From an uncultured Gemmatimonadales bacterium (lineage in GTDB: Bacteria > Gemmatimonadota > Gemmatimonadetes > Gemmatimonadales > GWC2-71-9): 64,000 bases of DNA. Position 1 is the stretch's first letter, and each line of letters begins with the position of its first letter. Shown piece after piece: positions 10,062 through 21,009 of the stretch. The DNA lies in assembly GCA_963748815.1 (NCBI GenBank), contig CAVVKJ010000010.1, positions 736,001 to 800,000 on the forward strand. Reading direction: 5' to 3'. Under the pieces are notes generated by a model. The model saw only the letters and a list, made by a program, of their open reading frames with translations. It was not told the DNA's origin and searched no databases. Made by a program: the position numbers and the translations under genes.

Positions 10062-10469
10062 ATGCCCGCACCCATCCCAGCCCACGAACTGACCTTCAAG
10101 GCCACCAAGGCGGGGGGCCCGGGCGGCCAGCACGTCAACACCTCGTCGACCCGCGTTGAGCTCTGGTGGAACGCGCTTGGCTCCCCCAGCCTCACAGAGA
10201 CGGAGCGCGTCCGCCTCCTGGCCGCCTTGGGACATCGCCTCGATGGCGAGGGCTGGCTTCGACTCGTCTCCGCGGGCACCCGAAGCCAGCTCAAGAACCG
10301 CGAGGCGGTGACCACCCGGTTCCACCAGCTCATCGCCGAGGCGCTGGTGCCACCCAAGCTCCGCCGCAAGACCCGGCCCCCCCGGTCGGCGGGAGAGAAT
10401 CGCCTCAAGGCAAAGAAACGGCGCTCCGCCACGAAGGCGAAGCGCCGTGCGCCCCCCCGGGACGACTGA
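10062..10469 (+). CDS. arfB: Alternative ribosome rescue factor ArfB
   Basis: GGPGGQHVN, RSQLKNRE, basic C-terminal tail. Confidence 0.93.
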   Translation: MPAPIPAHELTFKATKAGGPGGQHVNTSSTRVELWWNALGSPSLTETERVRLLAALGHRLDGEGWLRLVSAGTRSQLKNREAVTTRFHQLIAEALVPPKLRRKTRPPRSAGENRLKAKKRRSATKAKRRAPPRDD

Positions 10470-10496
10470 GTCCCGAAGCGCGATTTCTCCTGCCTG

Positions 10497-13307
10497 TTAT
10501 GGCTGCGCCGGCGGCGCCTTCCCCTTGGCAAAATCACCGGCGGTGATGACCGTGAATTTCGAGGGGACGATGAAGGCGCGGAATCCGTTGCTCACTTGCG
10601 CGGGCGTGAGGGCGTCGATCGCCTGGTCGAGCTTCGCCTCCCACGCCATGGTGCGCCCGAGGTAGAGCCCATCCACAAGTTGATCGGCCAGGCTGCCGTC
10701 GTCGGCGCGGGCGATCTGACGCTGCTGCAGGTATCCTGCCTTCCCCTTGGACACCTCTTCGGGAGTGAAACCGCCGTTGACGGCCGTGTCGGTCACTTGC
10801 TTGAACGCCTCGACCACCTTGGCGCCATTCTCGGGCGCGAAGATGGCGTACACGAACTCCTGGCCCACCTGATCCTCAGAGCTGGCGCTCAGCCCGCTCC
10901 CGACCCCGTAGCTCAGCCCTTCCGTCTGCCGAATCCGGACCATCAGCCGGGAATCGAACGCCGAGCCGCCGTAGATGTAGTCCCCGATGGCCACGGCCGG
11001 ATAGGCCGCATCCGCATCGCTCAATGGGAAGCTGGTCGACGCCAGCATGATCGCGTTGGCCTTGTCCGGGGTCTCGATCTGCTCACTGACCGCCGGCTTA
11101 TCGGACAGCAGGTCCGGGATGCGGGCGTACGCCGCGGGGCTCTTCCAGGCGCCGAAGATCTCGGTCAGGACCGGCGTGATCTCCGACGCCGCAAAGTCCC
11201 CGACGATCGCCGTCTCGCCGGCGCCGACCCCGTAGAACTCGACCCAGAAACGCTTGGCCTCCTCGACCGTCGCGGCGTTCAGCAGCGCCACCCGTTCGTC
11301 GATGGAGCTGACGTACCGCGGGTGGCCCGGCGGGTAGGCCTGCGTCGCCCGGGCGAGCGCCGTCTGCGCGAGGGCGATCGGGTCGCTCCGCTGCGACTCC
11401 AGCCGCGCCAGCCCTTCGCGCTGCAGCGTCGCGAACTCCGCCGGGTCGAAGCTCGGTTGCCGGAGTACTTCGCCCACGAGGCGGAGCACCGCCGGGAAAT
11501 TCGCGCGGACGGTGGAAATCGAGACGGTCGCCCCCTCGGCGGATCCGCGCACGCTGACCTGTGCCTTGAGCCGGTCGAACTCGTCCTTGATCTGCTGGCG
11601 CGTGTGGGTCGCCGTGCCCCGGAGCAGCATCGATCCGGCCAGCGACGCCGCCGTCGCCCGGCCGGTGAGGGCCGACTCGGTGCCGAAATGCAGCTGGATG
11701 GAGGCGTTGACCGTCTGGCCCCGCGTCTCCTTCGGGAGCAGCGCGACCTTCATGCCGCTCGGGAGCTCCGACCGCGTGGTCCGCGCGTCGATGTTGGCCG
11801 GTGAGGCGTCGAAGGCCTCGCCCAACGTCATCGTGGTGTCGCCCTTGTAGTCCTTGACCATCGCCGCGATGTCCGGCGCCGGCGGCATCTCCGCGCGATC
11901 CGGCTTGGTGGTCGGGACGAACACCCCGAGCGTCCGGTTGCTCGGCTTGACGTAGGCCGCCGCCACCCGTTGCACGTCCGCAGGCGTCACGGCACGCACC
12001 CGGTCCCGGTTGATGAAGATGAGCCGCCAGTCGCCCCGCGAGGCCCACTCGCTGAGGGCGAGCCCCACCTGGTCCGTCTGGGTCAGGCTCAGTTCGATGT
12101 TCTTCAGGATGGTCTGCTTGGCCCGCGCCACTTCCTCCTCGGTGGGCGGGCGCGTCGTCACCTCGTCGAGGGTGGCGAGCAGCGCCGCCTGCGCCACGGC
12201 CAGCGTGTCCTCGGTGCGGAGCTGCGCGCCGGCCAGCAGCATGCTCGGCTGGTAGAGCTGGTACGCCGACGACCAGACCCGGGCGGCGCGCTTCGGCTCG
12301 ACCAGCGCCTGGTACAGCCGCCCGCTGGGGGCCGAACCGAGGATCTGCGTGAGGACGCTGATGGCGGCGAAGTCAGGCTCCGACCCGGCGGGGATGTGGA
12401 ACCCGGCCAGGATGACCTGCTCGTCACCCACCCGCCGGAGCGTCACCGTCCGCTCGCCGTCCTGCACCGGCTCGACGGTGTAGGTGCCCCACAGGATGTT
12501 GCCGCCTTCGCGTTTCGGCCGGGGAATCGCGCCGTAGAGCTGTTCGATCCGCTTCAGGACCGCCGCGTCGTCGAACTTCCCCGCCACGACCAGGATCGCG
12601 TTGTCGGGCTGATAGTACTTCCGATAGAACCCCTGCAGCCGTCCGATCGGGACGTTCTCGATGTCCGAACGCGCGCCGATCGTGGAGTTGCCGTAGTTGT
12701 GCCAGAGATAGGCCGTCGAGAACACTCGCTCCTCGAGAATGGAGCCCGGGTCGTTCTCGCCCATTTCGAACTCGTTGCGGACCACGGTCATCTCGGATTC
12801 GAGATCACTCTTGGCAATGAACGAGTTCACCATCCGGTCCGCTTCGAGCCGCAGCGCCCAGTCGACGTTTTCCGGCGTCGCGGGCACCATCTCGAAATAG
12901 TTGGTGCGATCGTACCACGTCGTCCCGTTGAACTGGGCGCCGTGCTGCGTCATTTCCTCGCCGATCTTCGGGTGGCCGGTCGAGCCCTTGAAGAGCAGGT
13001 GCTCCAGCAGGTGCGCCATGCCCGTCTCGCCGTAGTCCTCGTGCCGGGACCCCACCAGGTAGGTGATGTTGACCGTCGTGACGGCCTTGGTCTGGTCGGG
13101 GAGGAGGAGGATCCGCAGGCCGTTCGGCAGCTGGTACTCGGTGATCCCCTCGACGGAGGCGACCTTGACCGCCTTCGGAGCGGGCTGGGAGGGCTTGGCT
13201 GGCCTGGCGGGCTTGGTGACCGGCTGTTGGGCCGGGACAACCCCCGCCGCGGCGATCGCCAGCAGCACGGTGAGCAGGCCCGCACGTTTCCAGGAAGCAA
13301 TGGACAT
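10497..13307 (-). CDS. M16 (pitrilysin/insulinase) zinc peptidase, secreted
   Basis: Signal peptide, GMAHLLEHLLFKGS (HxxEH), four M16 domains. Confidence 0.93.
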   Translation of the reverse strand: MSIASWKRAGLLTVLLAIAAAGVVPAQQPVTKPARPAKPSQPAPKAVKVASVEGITEYQLPNGLRILLLPDQTKAVTTVNITYLVGSRHEDYGETGMAHLLEHLLFKGSTGHPKIGEEMTQHGAQFNGTTWYDRTNYFEMVPATPENVDWALRLEADRMVNSFIAKSDLESEMTVVRNEFEMGENDPGSILEERVFSTAYLWHNYGNSTIGARSDIENVPIGRLQGFYRKYYQPDNAILVVAGKFDDAAVLKRIEQLYGAIPRPKREGGNILWGTYTVEPVQDGERTVTLRRVGDEQVILAGFHIPAGSEPDFAAISVLTQILGSAPSGRLYQALVEPKRAARVWSSAYQLYQPSMLLAGAQLRTEDTLAVAQAALLATLDEVTTRPPTEEEVARAKQTILKNIELSLTQTDQVGLALSEWASRGDWRLIFINRDRVRAVTPADVQRVAAAYVKPSNRTLGVFVPTTKPDRAEMPPAPDIAAMVKDYKGDTTMTLGEAFDASPANIDARTTRSELPSGMKVALLPKETRGQTVNASIQLHFGTESALTGRATAASLAGSMLLRGTATHTRQQIKDEFDRLKAQVSVRGSAEGATVSISTVRANFPAVLRLVGEVLRQPSFDPAEFATLQREGLARLESQRSDPIALAQTALARATQAYPPGHPRYVSSIDERVALLNAATVEEAKRFWVEFYGVGAGETAIVGDFAASEITPVLTEIFGAWKSPAAYARIPDLLSDKPAVSEQIETPDKANAIMLASTSFPLSDADAAYPAVAIGDYIYGGSAFDSRLMVRIRQTEGLSYGVGSGLSASSEDQVGQEFVYAIFAPENGAKVVEAFKQVTDTAVNGGFTPEEVSKGKAGYLQQRQIARADDGSLADQLVDGLYLGRTMAWEAKLDQAIDALTPAQVSNGFRAFIVPSKFTVITAGDFAKGKAPPAQP

Positions 13308-13412
13308 CGTCGAACTCCATCGGCACAGGTGTACACGCCAACCAGCGAACCCGAAGAATAGACATCGGGCCCGCCGTGAATGCAAACCAGCCACCGCCTG
13401 CCACTCCGCCAG

Positions 13413-13862
13413 TTAGGGCACCGCCACCGTCACGGGAAAAGGCCCGAAGGTGAGGTCATCCGCCGAGGCCTCGTGCCCCCAGCCGACGGTCACCGTCCCG
13501 GTGCCGGCCGCGACTTGCGCCGTCACATCGAATTCGAAATGCGCCGCGGCATCCTCGACCGCCGTGGCGAGCGCGCCTGGGGTGAACGCGAGCGCCGCGA
13601 AGTGGTCTGCCTCGATGCCCGTGATTTCGTCGCCGTCGGCGGCGTAGAACTTCACCACGACCCGCGTGACCGCGCCGGCCTCGAGCGTCAGGTTGGCGGT
13701 TTCATCCACGTCGTTGACGAACAGCTTGGCCGAGGCAGGCGTGTGGCCGTGCTCTGGCGCCGCCGCCTCGTCGCTGTTGCAGGCTACGACGCCCAGCGCG
13801 AGCGCGAGCAGGGGAAGGGCCATCAGCTGCGCCATCGTCCGGCGCGATACGTGTGGGAACAT
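13413..13862 (-). CDS. His-rich lipoprotein, putative metal-binding partner of the TonB receptor
   Basis: Lipobox VVAC; EHGH, DH, AHF, GWGHE. Confidence 0.7.
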   Translation of the reverse strand: MFPHVSRRTMAQLMALPLLALALGVVACNSDEAAAPEHGHTPASAKLFVNDVDETANLTLEAGAVTRVVVKFYAADGDEITGIEADHFAALAFTPGALATAVEDAAAHFEFDVTAQVAAGTGTVTVGWGHEASADDLTFGPFPVTVAVP

Positions 13863-13900
13863 GGGAACAACCTCCTGGACAGCAGGGTGAAACCCGCGGG

Positions 13901-15982
13901 TTAGCGCGGGTGGAGCAGGCGCACCGACACGAGCAAGCTTCGGGGAGCGCCGGGATTGATGTAGCCGGACGCGCGGATATCCGCGTATTTGGTATCGAAG
14001 ACGTTCAGCAGGTCCACGTCGATGCTGGTGCGGGCGCCGAGGGCGATGGATCCGCCAAGGTCGACGACCGCGTATGCCTCCGTCGTCACACCCGGCTCGC
14101 CGATCGGCGTGAACGGGCCAGTGAAGCGGACCAGGGCATAGGTAGAGAAACCCCTCCCCGGGGCAAACTCGGCCCCGACGCGGCCGAAATAGTCGGAGAC
14201 GCCGGGTACCGGATCGCCGGGCTCGAGGGGCTCGGTGTGGAAGTTCGGGCGGGGCGGACGGAGGGCGACGCGGTCCAGCTCGACATTGACCGGTTCGGCT
14301 GCGCCGGTAATCGTCGCGTCATTGAACGTCGCCTCGGCCTGGAGCGTCAACTTGCGGCCCATCTGCCAGGCCGCGCTCGCCGAGATGCCGCGCCGGCGGC
14401 TGGTGCCCGTCGCCAGGATGTCCAGGGTAACGGGATCCTTGATGCGTTCATTGGCCGTGTTGAACTGAAAGAGCGACGCGGTCACCAGGAGGGTACTCGT
14501 GCCGTACTCGGCGCCGATTTCACCGGCCCAGGCCGTCACGAGCGGGCGGTCCGGGTCGCCGATCACGCCGACCGGACCCCGAAACCCGCGGGCGAGGGAC
14601 CCGAGCAACCGTACGCGGCTGGAGGCCATGTAGCTCGCCCCGATCTTCGGGCTGAGCACCGGATCGGTGGCGTCCTGCCACGCGGCCAGCGAATCGAGGC
14701 GGTTGAGGCTCTCGTAATGGACCAGGTCACCGCGCAGCCCGAGATCGTACATGAACCGGGTGCTCAGCATCCCGCGCCAGCGGCCGTAGAGCCCGAGGGC
14801 CTGGTACCGTCCGTCATTGGATTGCTCGGCAGATACCGGCACGCGCTCATCGGTCTGTTCGAGATCATAGGCCGTCCAGTCGGCCCGCCCCGCAAGGCCA
14901 AGACTCAGCTCGCCGTCGCCCTTCACGCGGCTGACCTGGGCTTGCATCCCGACCGCGTGACGATCGTCCCGTTCCGCGGTCTGCTGAGGCGTGCCGTCTT
15001 CCGGCAGGGTGAGGAAGACCGTGGAGCGTCCCACCTGTCCCCAGAGCTGGGTTTCGAGGGTGGTCGTCGGGTTCAGGGCGACGCCATACCGCAGGGTACC
15101 GATGTAGCGGTCGGCATCGCCCCCGTCGGTGGTGTCGGTGGCCGCGACGAGATCGCCCTGATTGTACCGGTCCACCGACACGTATCCGGGCGAGTTCCAG
15201 GCGGAGCCGTACCCGTACAGTCCCCCCTCAAGTCGCCCCTTCCCGACCATTTGCCAGCCGCGAAGGACCGCGGTGCCGAGCAGGTAGTCGGCATTCTCCC
15301 GCCATCCCTCCTCCCGCTGCCCCGAGACCGAGAAGAGCGCCCCGGCGTCCGGCTGACGGAACCCACCCGTCACCCACCCGCGCACGTCGCCAAACGAGGT
15401 CACCCCCACGGAGGCGGTCGTCGCATCGGCGTCGGCGGCGGTGTACACCTCGACGACGCCCCCGAGTGAGAAATCGCCGTAGAGCGGGCTGGCCGGACCG
15501 TGAATGACGCGGGTGGCGCTGATGGCGCCCGGCGAGAGGATGCTCCAGTCGGCGTACCCTTCCACGTGGCCGTGAATCGGCAGGTTGATCGCCACACCAT
15601 CGAGGACGAGGAGCACGTCGGAGGAGTGATCGGAAGTGAAGCCGCCAATCACCACGTTCGAGGCGAATCCCGGACCCTGGCCCTGTTGGTGCACTTCGAT
15701 TCCCGCGGACCGGCCGATGAGGTCGTACGGGTTCCCGGCGGGGGCGCGCTGAATCGCCTCGGTGCTCACGTCAACTGTGGCGACGGGCGGGGCGACCGCG
15801 TGCTCCCGCTTCCCGGTGACGACGATTGGCGTGACGGTGGTCGGCCTCGTCGAGTCCCCCCGGGCCGGCGCCGGCTCTTGCGCAGCCGCCCGACCCCCGA
15901 ACGCCACGAGCGCGCAGGCGCAGGCCGCCACGCGCAAGGAGGTGCGCCGGCGAGCGGGGCGAAGAGGTGATCCAGCTTCCAT
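13901..15982 (-). CDS. TonB-dependent receptor
   Basis: IVVTG TonB box, plug with PIHGHVEGYAD and GDFSLGGVV, C-terminal NVFD..Y and PGAPRS. Confidence 0.9.
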   Translation of the reverse strand: MEAGSPLRPARRRTSLRVAACACALVAFGGRAAAQEPAPARGDSTRPTTVTPIVVTGKREHAVAPPVATVDVSTEAIQRAPAGNPYDLIGRSAGIEVHQQGQGPGFASNVVIGGFTSDHSSDVLLVLDGVAINLPIHGHVEGYADWSILSPGAISATRVIHGPASPLYGDFSLGGVVEVYTAADADATTASVGVTSFGDVRGWVTGGFRQPDAGALFSVSGQREEGWRENADYLLGTAVLRGWQMVGKGRLEGGLYGYGSAWNSPGYVSVDRYNQGDLVAATDTTDGGDADRYIGTLRYGVALNPTTTLETQLWGQVGRSTVFLTLPEDGTPQQTAERDDRHAVGMQAQVSRVKGDGELSLGLAGRADWTAYDLEQTDERVPVSAEQSNDGRYQALGLYGRWRGMLSTRFMYDLGLRGDLVHYESLNRLDSLAAWQDATDPVLSPKIGASYMASSRVRLLGSLARGFRGPVGVIGDPDRPLVTAWAGEIGAEYGTSTLLVTASLFQFNTANERIKDPVTLDILATGTSRRRGISASAAWQMGRKLTLQAEATFNDATITGAAEPVNVELDRVALRPPRPNFHTEPLEPGDPVPGVSDYFGRVGAEFAPGRGFSTYALVRFTGPFTPIGEPGVTTEAYAVVDLGGSIALGARTSIDVDLLNVFDTKYADIRASGYINPGAPRSLLVSVRLLHPR

Positions 15983-16135
15983 GGGTCGTCGATTCCGCCG
16001 CCGCCCGCGTCGATGGACCCCGATGGGATCCGGTCAGACGTACGACGGCAAAGACACGATTCCCCGGCCAGGGCCGAAGGATGAGGTGGTGCGACTAGAG
16101 TGTGGGGGACTGTCCGACGCGCGAAAACGCGGGGA

Positions 16136-16522
16136 TCAGCCGAGCGGAGCGGGAGGAGCGGTCGCGAAGGGTTGGAGGTGGTCGGACGGGGTAATCGGAG
16201 CCGGTTGCGAGTCGTCGAGCCACGGCAGGGCGGCGACGGCCGCCGGACCGGCCTCCGCCAGGGTGGTTGCGACCGGCAAGATCGTCGCCGTGGCCAGCGC
16301 GCAGTGACCGACGCAGCGGCAGGGGGTTGGGGCTTCAGGGCTTTGCCCATCGCCGGGAGGGGCGTCAGGCTCGGCGTGTCGATGGCCTCCCGCGGCGACC
16401 GACGCGCCGTCGGCCACGGATGGCGGGCAGGAGTGCAGGCCGCCGGGCACGGCCGTAACCAGGCCGAACCAGACCGAGAGTACTCCCGCGAGGGACCGGG
16501 CCCAGCCGTTCGTGGCGCGCAT
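16136..16522 (-). CDS. DUF2946-like Cys/His leader protein
   Basis: N-terminal TM, LHSCP, HRH, CRCVGHC, C-terminal PFATAPP; directly upstream of the TBDR. Confidence 0.65.
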   Translation of the reverse strand: MRATNGWARSLAGVLSVWFGLVTAVPGGLHSCPPSVADGASVAAGGHRHAEPDAPPGDGQSPEAPTPCRCVGHCALATATILPVATTLAEAGPAAVAALPWLDDSQPAPITPSDHLQPFATAPPAPLG

Positions 16523-16532
16523 CTTTCCGAAT

Positions 16533-19500
16533 CTAGCGGGAGCCGCCTACCTCGTCCACCAGCGTTCCGCCGGGGGCGGCGGCCCGCCGCCCGCGCAGGC
16601 GGTTCCCGAGGGCCTCGCGCCAGTCGAAGAAGATCTCGTAGACCGTCGGGATGACGAGCAGCGTCAACAGCGTCGACGTGAGCACCCCACCGATGACGGC
16701 CACGCCGAGCGGCTGGCGGAACTGCGCCCCCTCGCCGCTTGCGATGGCCACCGGAATCATCCCGGCAATCAGGGCGAATGTCGTCATCAGAATCGGACGG
16801 AGGCGGATGGCGCCCGCCTCGATGAGCGCCTCCCGAATGGGCATCCCCTTCTCGTGACTCCACTTGGCGAAGTCGATGAGGAGAATCGCGTTCTTCGCGA
16901 CGATTCCCATCAACAGGATAACGCCGATGAGGCTCATGATATTCACGGTCAGCCCGGTGATGGCGAGCGACAGCATGACCCCGATCAACGAGAGCGGCAG
17001 CGACATCAGGATGGCCATGGGGTCGAGGAACGACCCGAACTGCATGACCAGGATCAGGTACATCAACAAGACCGCCACTCCGAGGGCCAGGAAGATGTTT
17101 CCGAACACCTCGCTCTGGTTCTCGGCGTCGCCGCCCTCGGAGTAGGTGACTCCCGGCGGCAGCGGCTCGGTCGCCAGCGCCTTCCGGACATCCGCCATCA
17201 CCTCGCCGGTGGATCGGCCCTGCGTGTTCCACTCGACGTTGACCACGAGGTCCCGGTCGAGGTGGTTGATGACCGCCGGCCCAAGCCCGGCGGTGACACT
17301 CACCACCTGTCCGAGCGGTACGGTGCGCGGGATGCCGTTCACGCCGCCCGGGACGAGCAACGGAAGCTGGCGGAGGTCCTCCGCCCGGCGCCGCGCGGAT
17401 GGCGCCAGCCGCACCACCACGTCCCGGGTTTCGCCGCTGGGGTCCACCCAGTCGCCGGCGTCGATCCCGGCGAAGGCCGGCCGCAGGGCCTGCGCCACCT
17501 GCCCCGCCGTCAGGCCGAGCGCCCCGGCCAGACCGCGATCCAGGTCAACCGTCAGTTCGGGTCGCTGTCCCTTGCTGGACAGCGCGATGTCCACCGAGCC
17601 CTCCGTGGCGGCGACGATCGCGCGAACCTGCTCCGCCCCGGCGTTGATCGACGCGAGGTCGGGGCCCTTCACCTGGAGTGCGAGTTGTTTGCGCCCGCCT
17701 CCCATGTCGCTGGTGAACAGCGCCATGTTGACGCCGCCCAGCTGGACCAGCTCGCTCCGGATTTCCGCCCCGATGCGCTCGGCATCCAGCGGGCGTTCGT
17801 TCTTGGGCACCAGCTTGACATACATGCGCCCCACGTCGACGGCGCTGGAGGACGGATCGCCGAGGGTGATGTAGCTGTACATCACGTCCGGGCGCGCGCG
17901 GATGATGCGGTCCGCCTCCTCGGCCTTGGCGCGCGTGTACGCCAGGTTGGATCCGGGCGGGGTCTCGATCTGGACGTTGAACTCGGAGCGGTCGTCGAGG
18001 GGCATGAAGCCGACGCCCACCTTGTGCCACTCCGGCACCACCAGGAACAGTCCGACTCCCACCACGACCCCGACGACCGCCCCGCCGAGGCGCACCGCCA
18101 GCGGACGCGTGCCCGAGAGCGACCAGACGCTCACCACCAGCCCGGTCACCAGCGCCAGGAAGCCAAGCACCCCGTTCCACAGCAGGGCAAAGGCGCTGAT
18201 CATGGATCCCGTCGCCAGCAGCACCATGGCGGCACGGTGGTCCAGCGCCCACGCGATCACCCCGCGATAGCGCTCCGCCATCCGGTTGAACCAGGCGTTG
18301 AACCTGTCGAGCGTGCGCGTGATCCAGCTGCGCTTCTCCACGGGCACATGCGGATCGGGCCAGTAGGCGGACAGCATCGGGTCGAGCGAAAAGCTGACGA
18401 AGAGCGACACGAAGCACCGAGCAGGCCATCGTCAGGGCGAAGGGCTTGAACCACTGTCCGCCCACGCCGGACATGAAGGCCACCGGGAGGAACACGGCGA
18501 GGATCGAGAAGGTCGTGGCCGTCACCGCCAGCCCGATCTCGTCGGTCCCTTCGAGCGACGCGGTGTAGTGGTCCTTCCCGAGCTCGACGTGCCGCACGAT
18601 GTTTTCCCGGACCACGATCGCGTCGTCGATCAGGATGCCGATGGCCAGGGAGAGGCCGAGGAGCGACATCGTCTCCAGCTTGAAGCCGAACGCCCACACC
18701 GCGATGAACGACGCGAGCACGCTGACCGGGAGGGCGAGGCCGGTGATGACGGTGGAGCGCCAGGAATTGAGGAAGAGGAAGACCACCAGCACGGTCAGGA
18801 GCGCGCCTTCGAACAGCGCCTCCTGCACGTTGCGGACGGCGGCGGTGACGCGGGTGCCGGAGTTCTTCACCACGTTGATCGTGGTGCCCTCCGGGAGGGT
18901 CGCCTCGAGCTTGTGCACGCGTTCGAGCAGCTGTTCGGCCACGTCGGTCGTGCTGTAGCCCTTCGACTTCTTGATGTCGATCCCGACCGCTTCCGTGCCG
19001 TTGAAGAGCGCCAGCGTCCGCTGCTCCTCGATGCCGTCCCGGACGTCGGCCACCTGGCCGAGGCGGATCAGCACGCCGTTCCGCTCCGCCACAACGAGCT
19101 GGGCAAACTCCGCCGGGCCGCCCAGGCGGCCCTGGAGGCGGATGGCCCGCTCATCGTACTCCCCCTGCACCCGCCCCACCGGGGCGGCGAGGTTCTGGGC
19201 CTGCAGCGCCTGCACCACCTGCGCCACGCTCACCCGCGCCGCCTGGAGGGCCGCGGGCCGCAGCTCCACCGTCAGCTCCCGCTCCTGCTTGCCCGTCACC
19301 GTGACCTCGGCGACGCCCGGAATCGACCGCAGCTCACGCGTGATGCCAGGGTCGGCAAGCCGCGTGAGCTCGGCCGGCGTGAGCCGGGTGGACGACAGCG
19401 CGAGCGACACGATGGGGCGGTCGGTGTCGTTCAGCTTCTTGATGATCGGCTCTTCCATCTCGGCCGGCAGGTCGTTGCGGATGGCGGAAATGGCGTCCCG

Positions 19501-19824
19501 GATATCCTGAGTGGCCTCGGGGAGCGGTTTCTCGAAGATGAACTCGATCAGCACGAAGGCGAATCCATCCTCCGCCTTGCCCGTGACCTTCTTGACCCCG
19601 CTGATGGACGCGATCGCCTCTTCGACCGGGTTGAGGACTTCCGTCTCCACGGTCTCCGGCGACGCCCCGGGATACGGCACGGCCACCGAGACGTACGGCG
19701 GCGCCACCTCCGGGAACTCGTCGGTCTGGAGCCTGATCAGGGCGATGATCCCGCCCACCACGAGCGCCAGCATGGTGACGACGGTGATAGTCGGGCGCTT
19801 GATGGCGAAATCGGAAATGAGCAT
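16533..19824 (-). CDS. RND efflux transporter, AcrB/MdtB family (+1 indel near 18412)
   Basis: MLISDFAIKRP, GILIDDAIVVREN, GIVAKNAILL, RLRPILMT. Confidence 0.93.
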
Positions 19825-19835
19825 GGCGTCGCCCC

Positions 19836-21002
19836 TTACGGTGTGGCGGCGGGGGAAGCCCGCTCGGCGAGATTCTGCACCCGGATCGGCGTGCCCGCCG
19901 CGATGCCGCGCGAACTGCCCAGCACGATCGTGTCACCCACCGCCAGACCGGAAGCCACCTCGACCAGCTCCGCCACGATGTCTTCCAGTCCCAGCACGAC
20001 CTCCGTCCGGACCAGTCGTCCGTTCTTGACCTGCGACACGGTCGGCCGCACCCCGCGCAGGTCCACCGCCGCCTTTGGCACCGTCAGCGCCTGCCGCTCC
20101 GAGGTCACGACCCGCCCCTCGGCGAAGAGCCCCACCACGAGCCGCTGCCCCGGGTTGGGGACGGTCACGAGAATCCGCACCTGCCGGGTCGCCGGATCGA
20201 CGGAGGGGTAAATGCGGGTCACCCGCCCGGTCAGGCGCCGGTCCGCGAACCCGCTCACGGTGAATTGCACCGCGGTGCCGACCCGGAGCCCGCCGAGCGA
20301 CTGCGCCGGCAGCTGGGCCTCGAGTCGGAGCGACGACGGGTCGATGATCGTGAACAGCTCCGTCCCGTTCTGGACGACGTCGCCCACGCTGACCATCGAC
20401 TCGCTGACGACGCCGGCGAACGGGGCCCGGACGCTCGCGCGCGCCAGCGCGCGCTGCGCGACGACCTGGCGGGCATTCGCCTCGGCCAGCGCCGCCTCCG
20501 CCTGCGCGACCGCCAGCGAGTCCGACTCGACGGCGCGGTCGGAGAGCGCTCCCGCCTCGGCCAGCCGCTTGTCGCGCTCAAGATTGCGCCGCTGCAGGCG
20601 CAGGTCGTTCTCGAGGCTCCGGACCAGCGCGTCGGCAAACGCCGCCTGCTCCCGCGCCATCTGCGGCTCGATCTGCACCAGCACCTGGCCGGCCGAGACG
20701 CCCTGCCCCGGCTCGACGAGCACCTGCAGGACCGAGCCTCCCAGCTCGGACCGGACCCGCGCCTCGCGTTCGGCCCCCAGGGTCCCGGAGATCGGAGGTC
20801 CATCCATCAGGAGGGTGTCACGGACCACCGCGATGTTCTCGGGCCCGATGACGATCGGGGCCGCCTCGTCGCTCTCGCCGCCCTGGGTGCGGTCCGCGCA
20901 CCCCGACAGGCCGATGCCGACGAGCGAGCACAACGCCAGCGCCATCCAGTTCCTGCGTGCGGTCATCATTCGGGCCCTTGCCGTCAAGTAGGTAGTTCGC
21001 AT
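19836..21002 (-). CDS. RND periplasmic adaptor (MFP) lipoprotein
   Basis: Lipobox LSGC, VRAPFAGVV, VDPATRQV. Confidence 0.92.
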   Translation of the reverse strand: MRTTYLTARARMMTARRNWMALALCSLVGIGLSGCADRTQGGESDEAAPIVIGPENIAVVRDTLLMDGPPISGTLGAEREARVRSELGGSVLQVLVEPGQGVSAGQVLVQIEPQMAREQAAFADALVRSLENDLRLQRRNLERDKRLAEAGALSDRAVESDSLAVAQAEAALAEANARQVVAQRALARASVRAPFAGVVSESMVSVGDVVQNGTELFTIIDPSSLRLEAQLPAQSLGGLRVGTAVQFTVSGFADRRLTGRVTRIYPSVDPATRQVRILVTVPNPGQRLVVGLFAEGRVVTSERQALTVPKAAVDLRGVRPTVSQVKNGRLVRTEVVLGLEDIVAELVEVASGLAVGDTIVLGSSRGIAAGTPIRVQNLAERASPAATP

Positions 21003-21009
21003 GGTGAGT

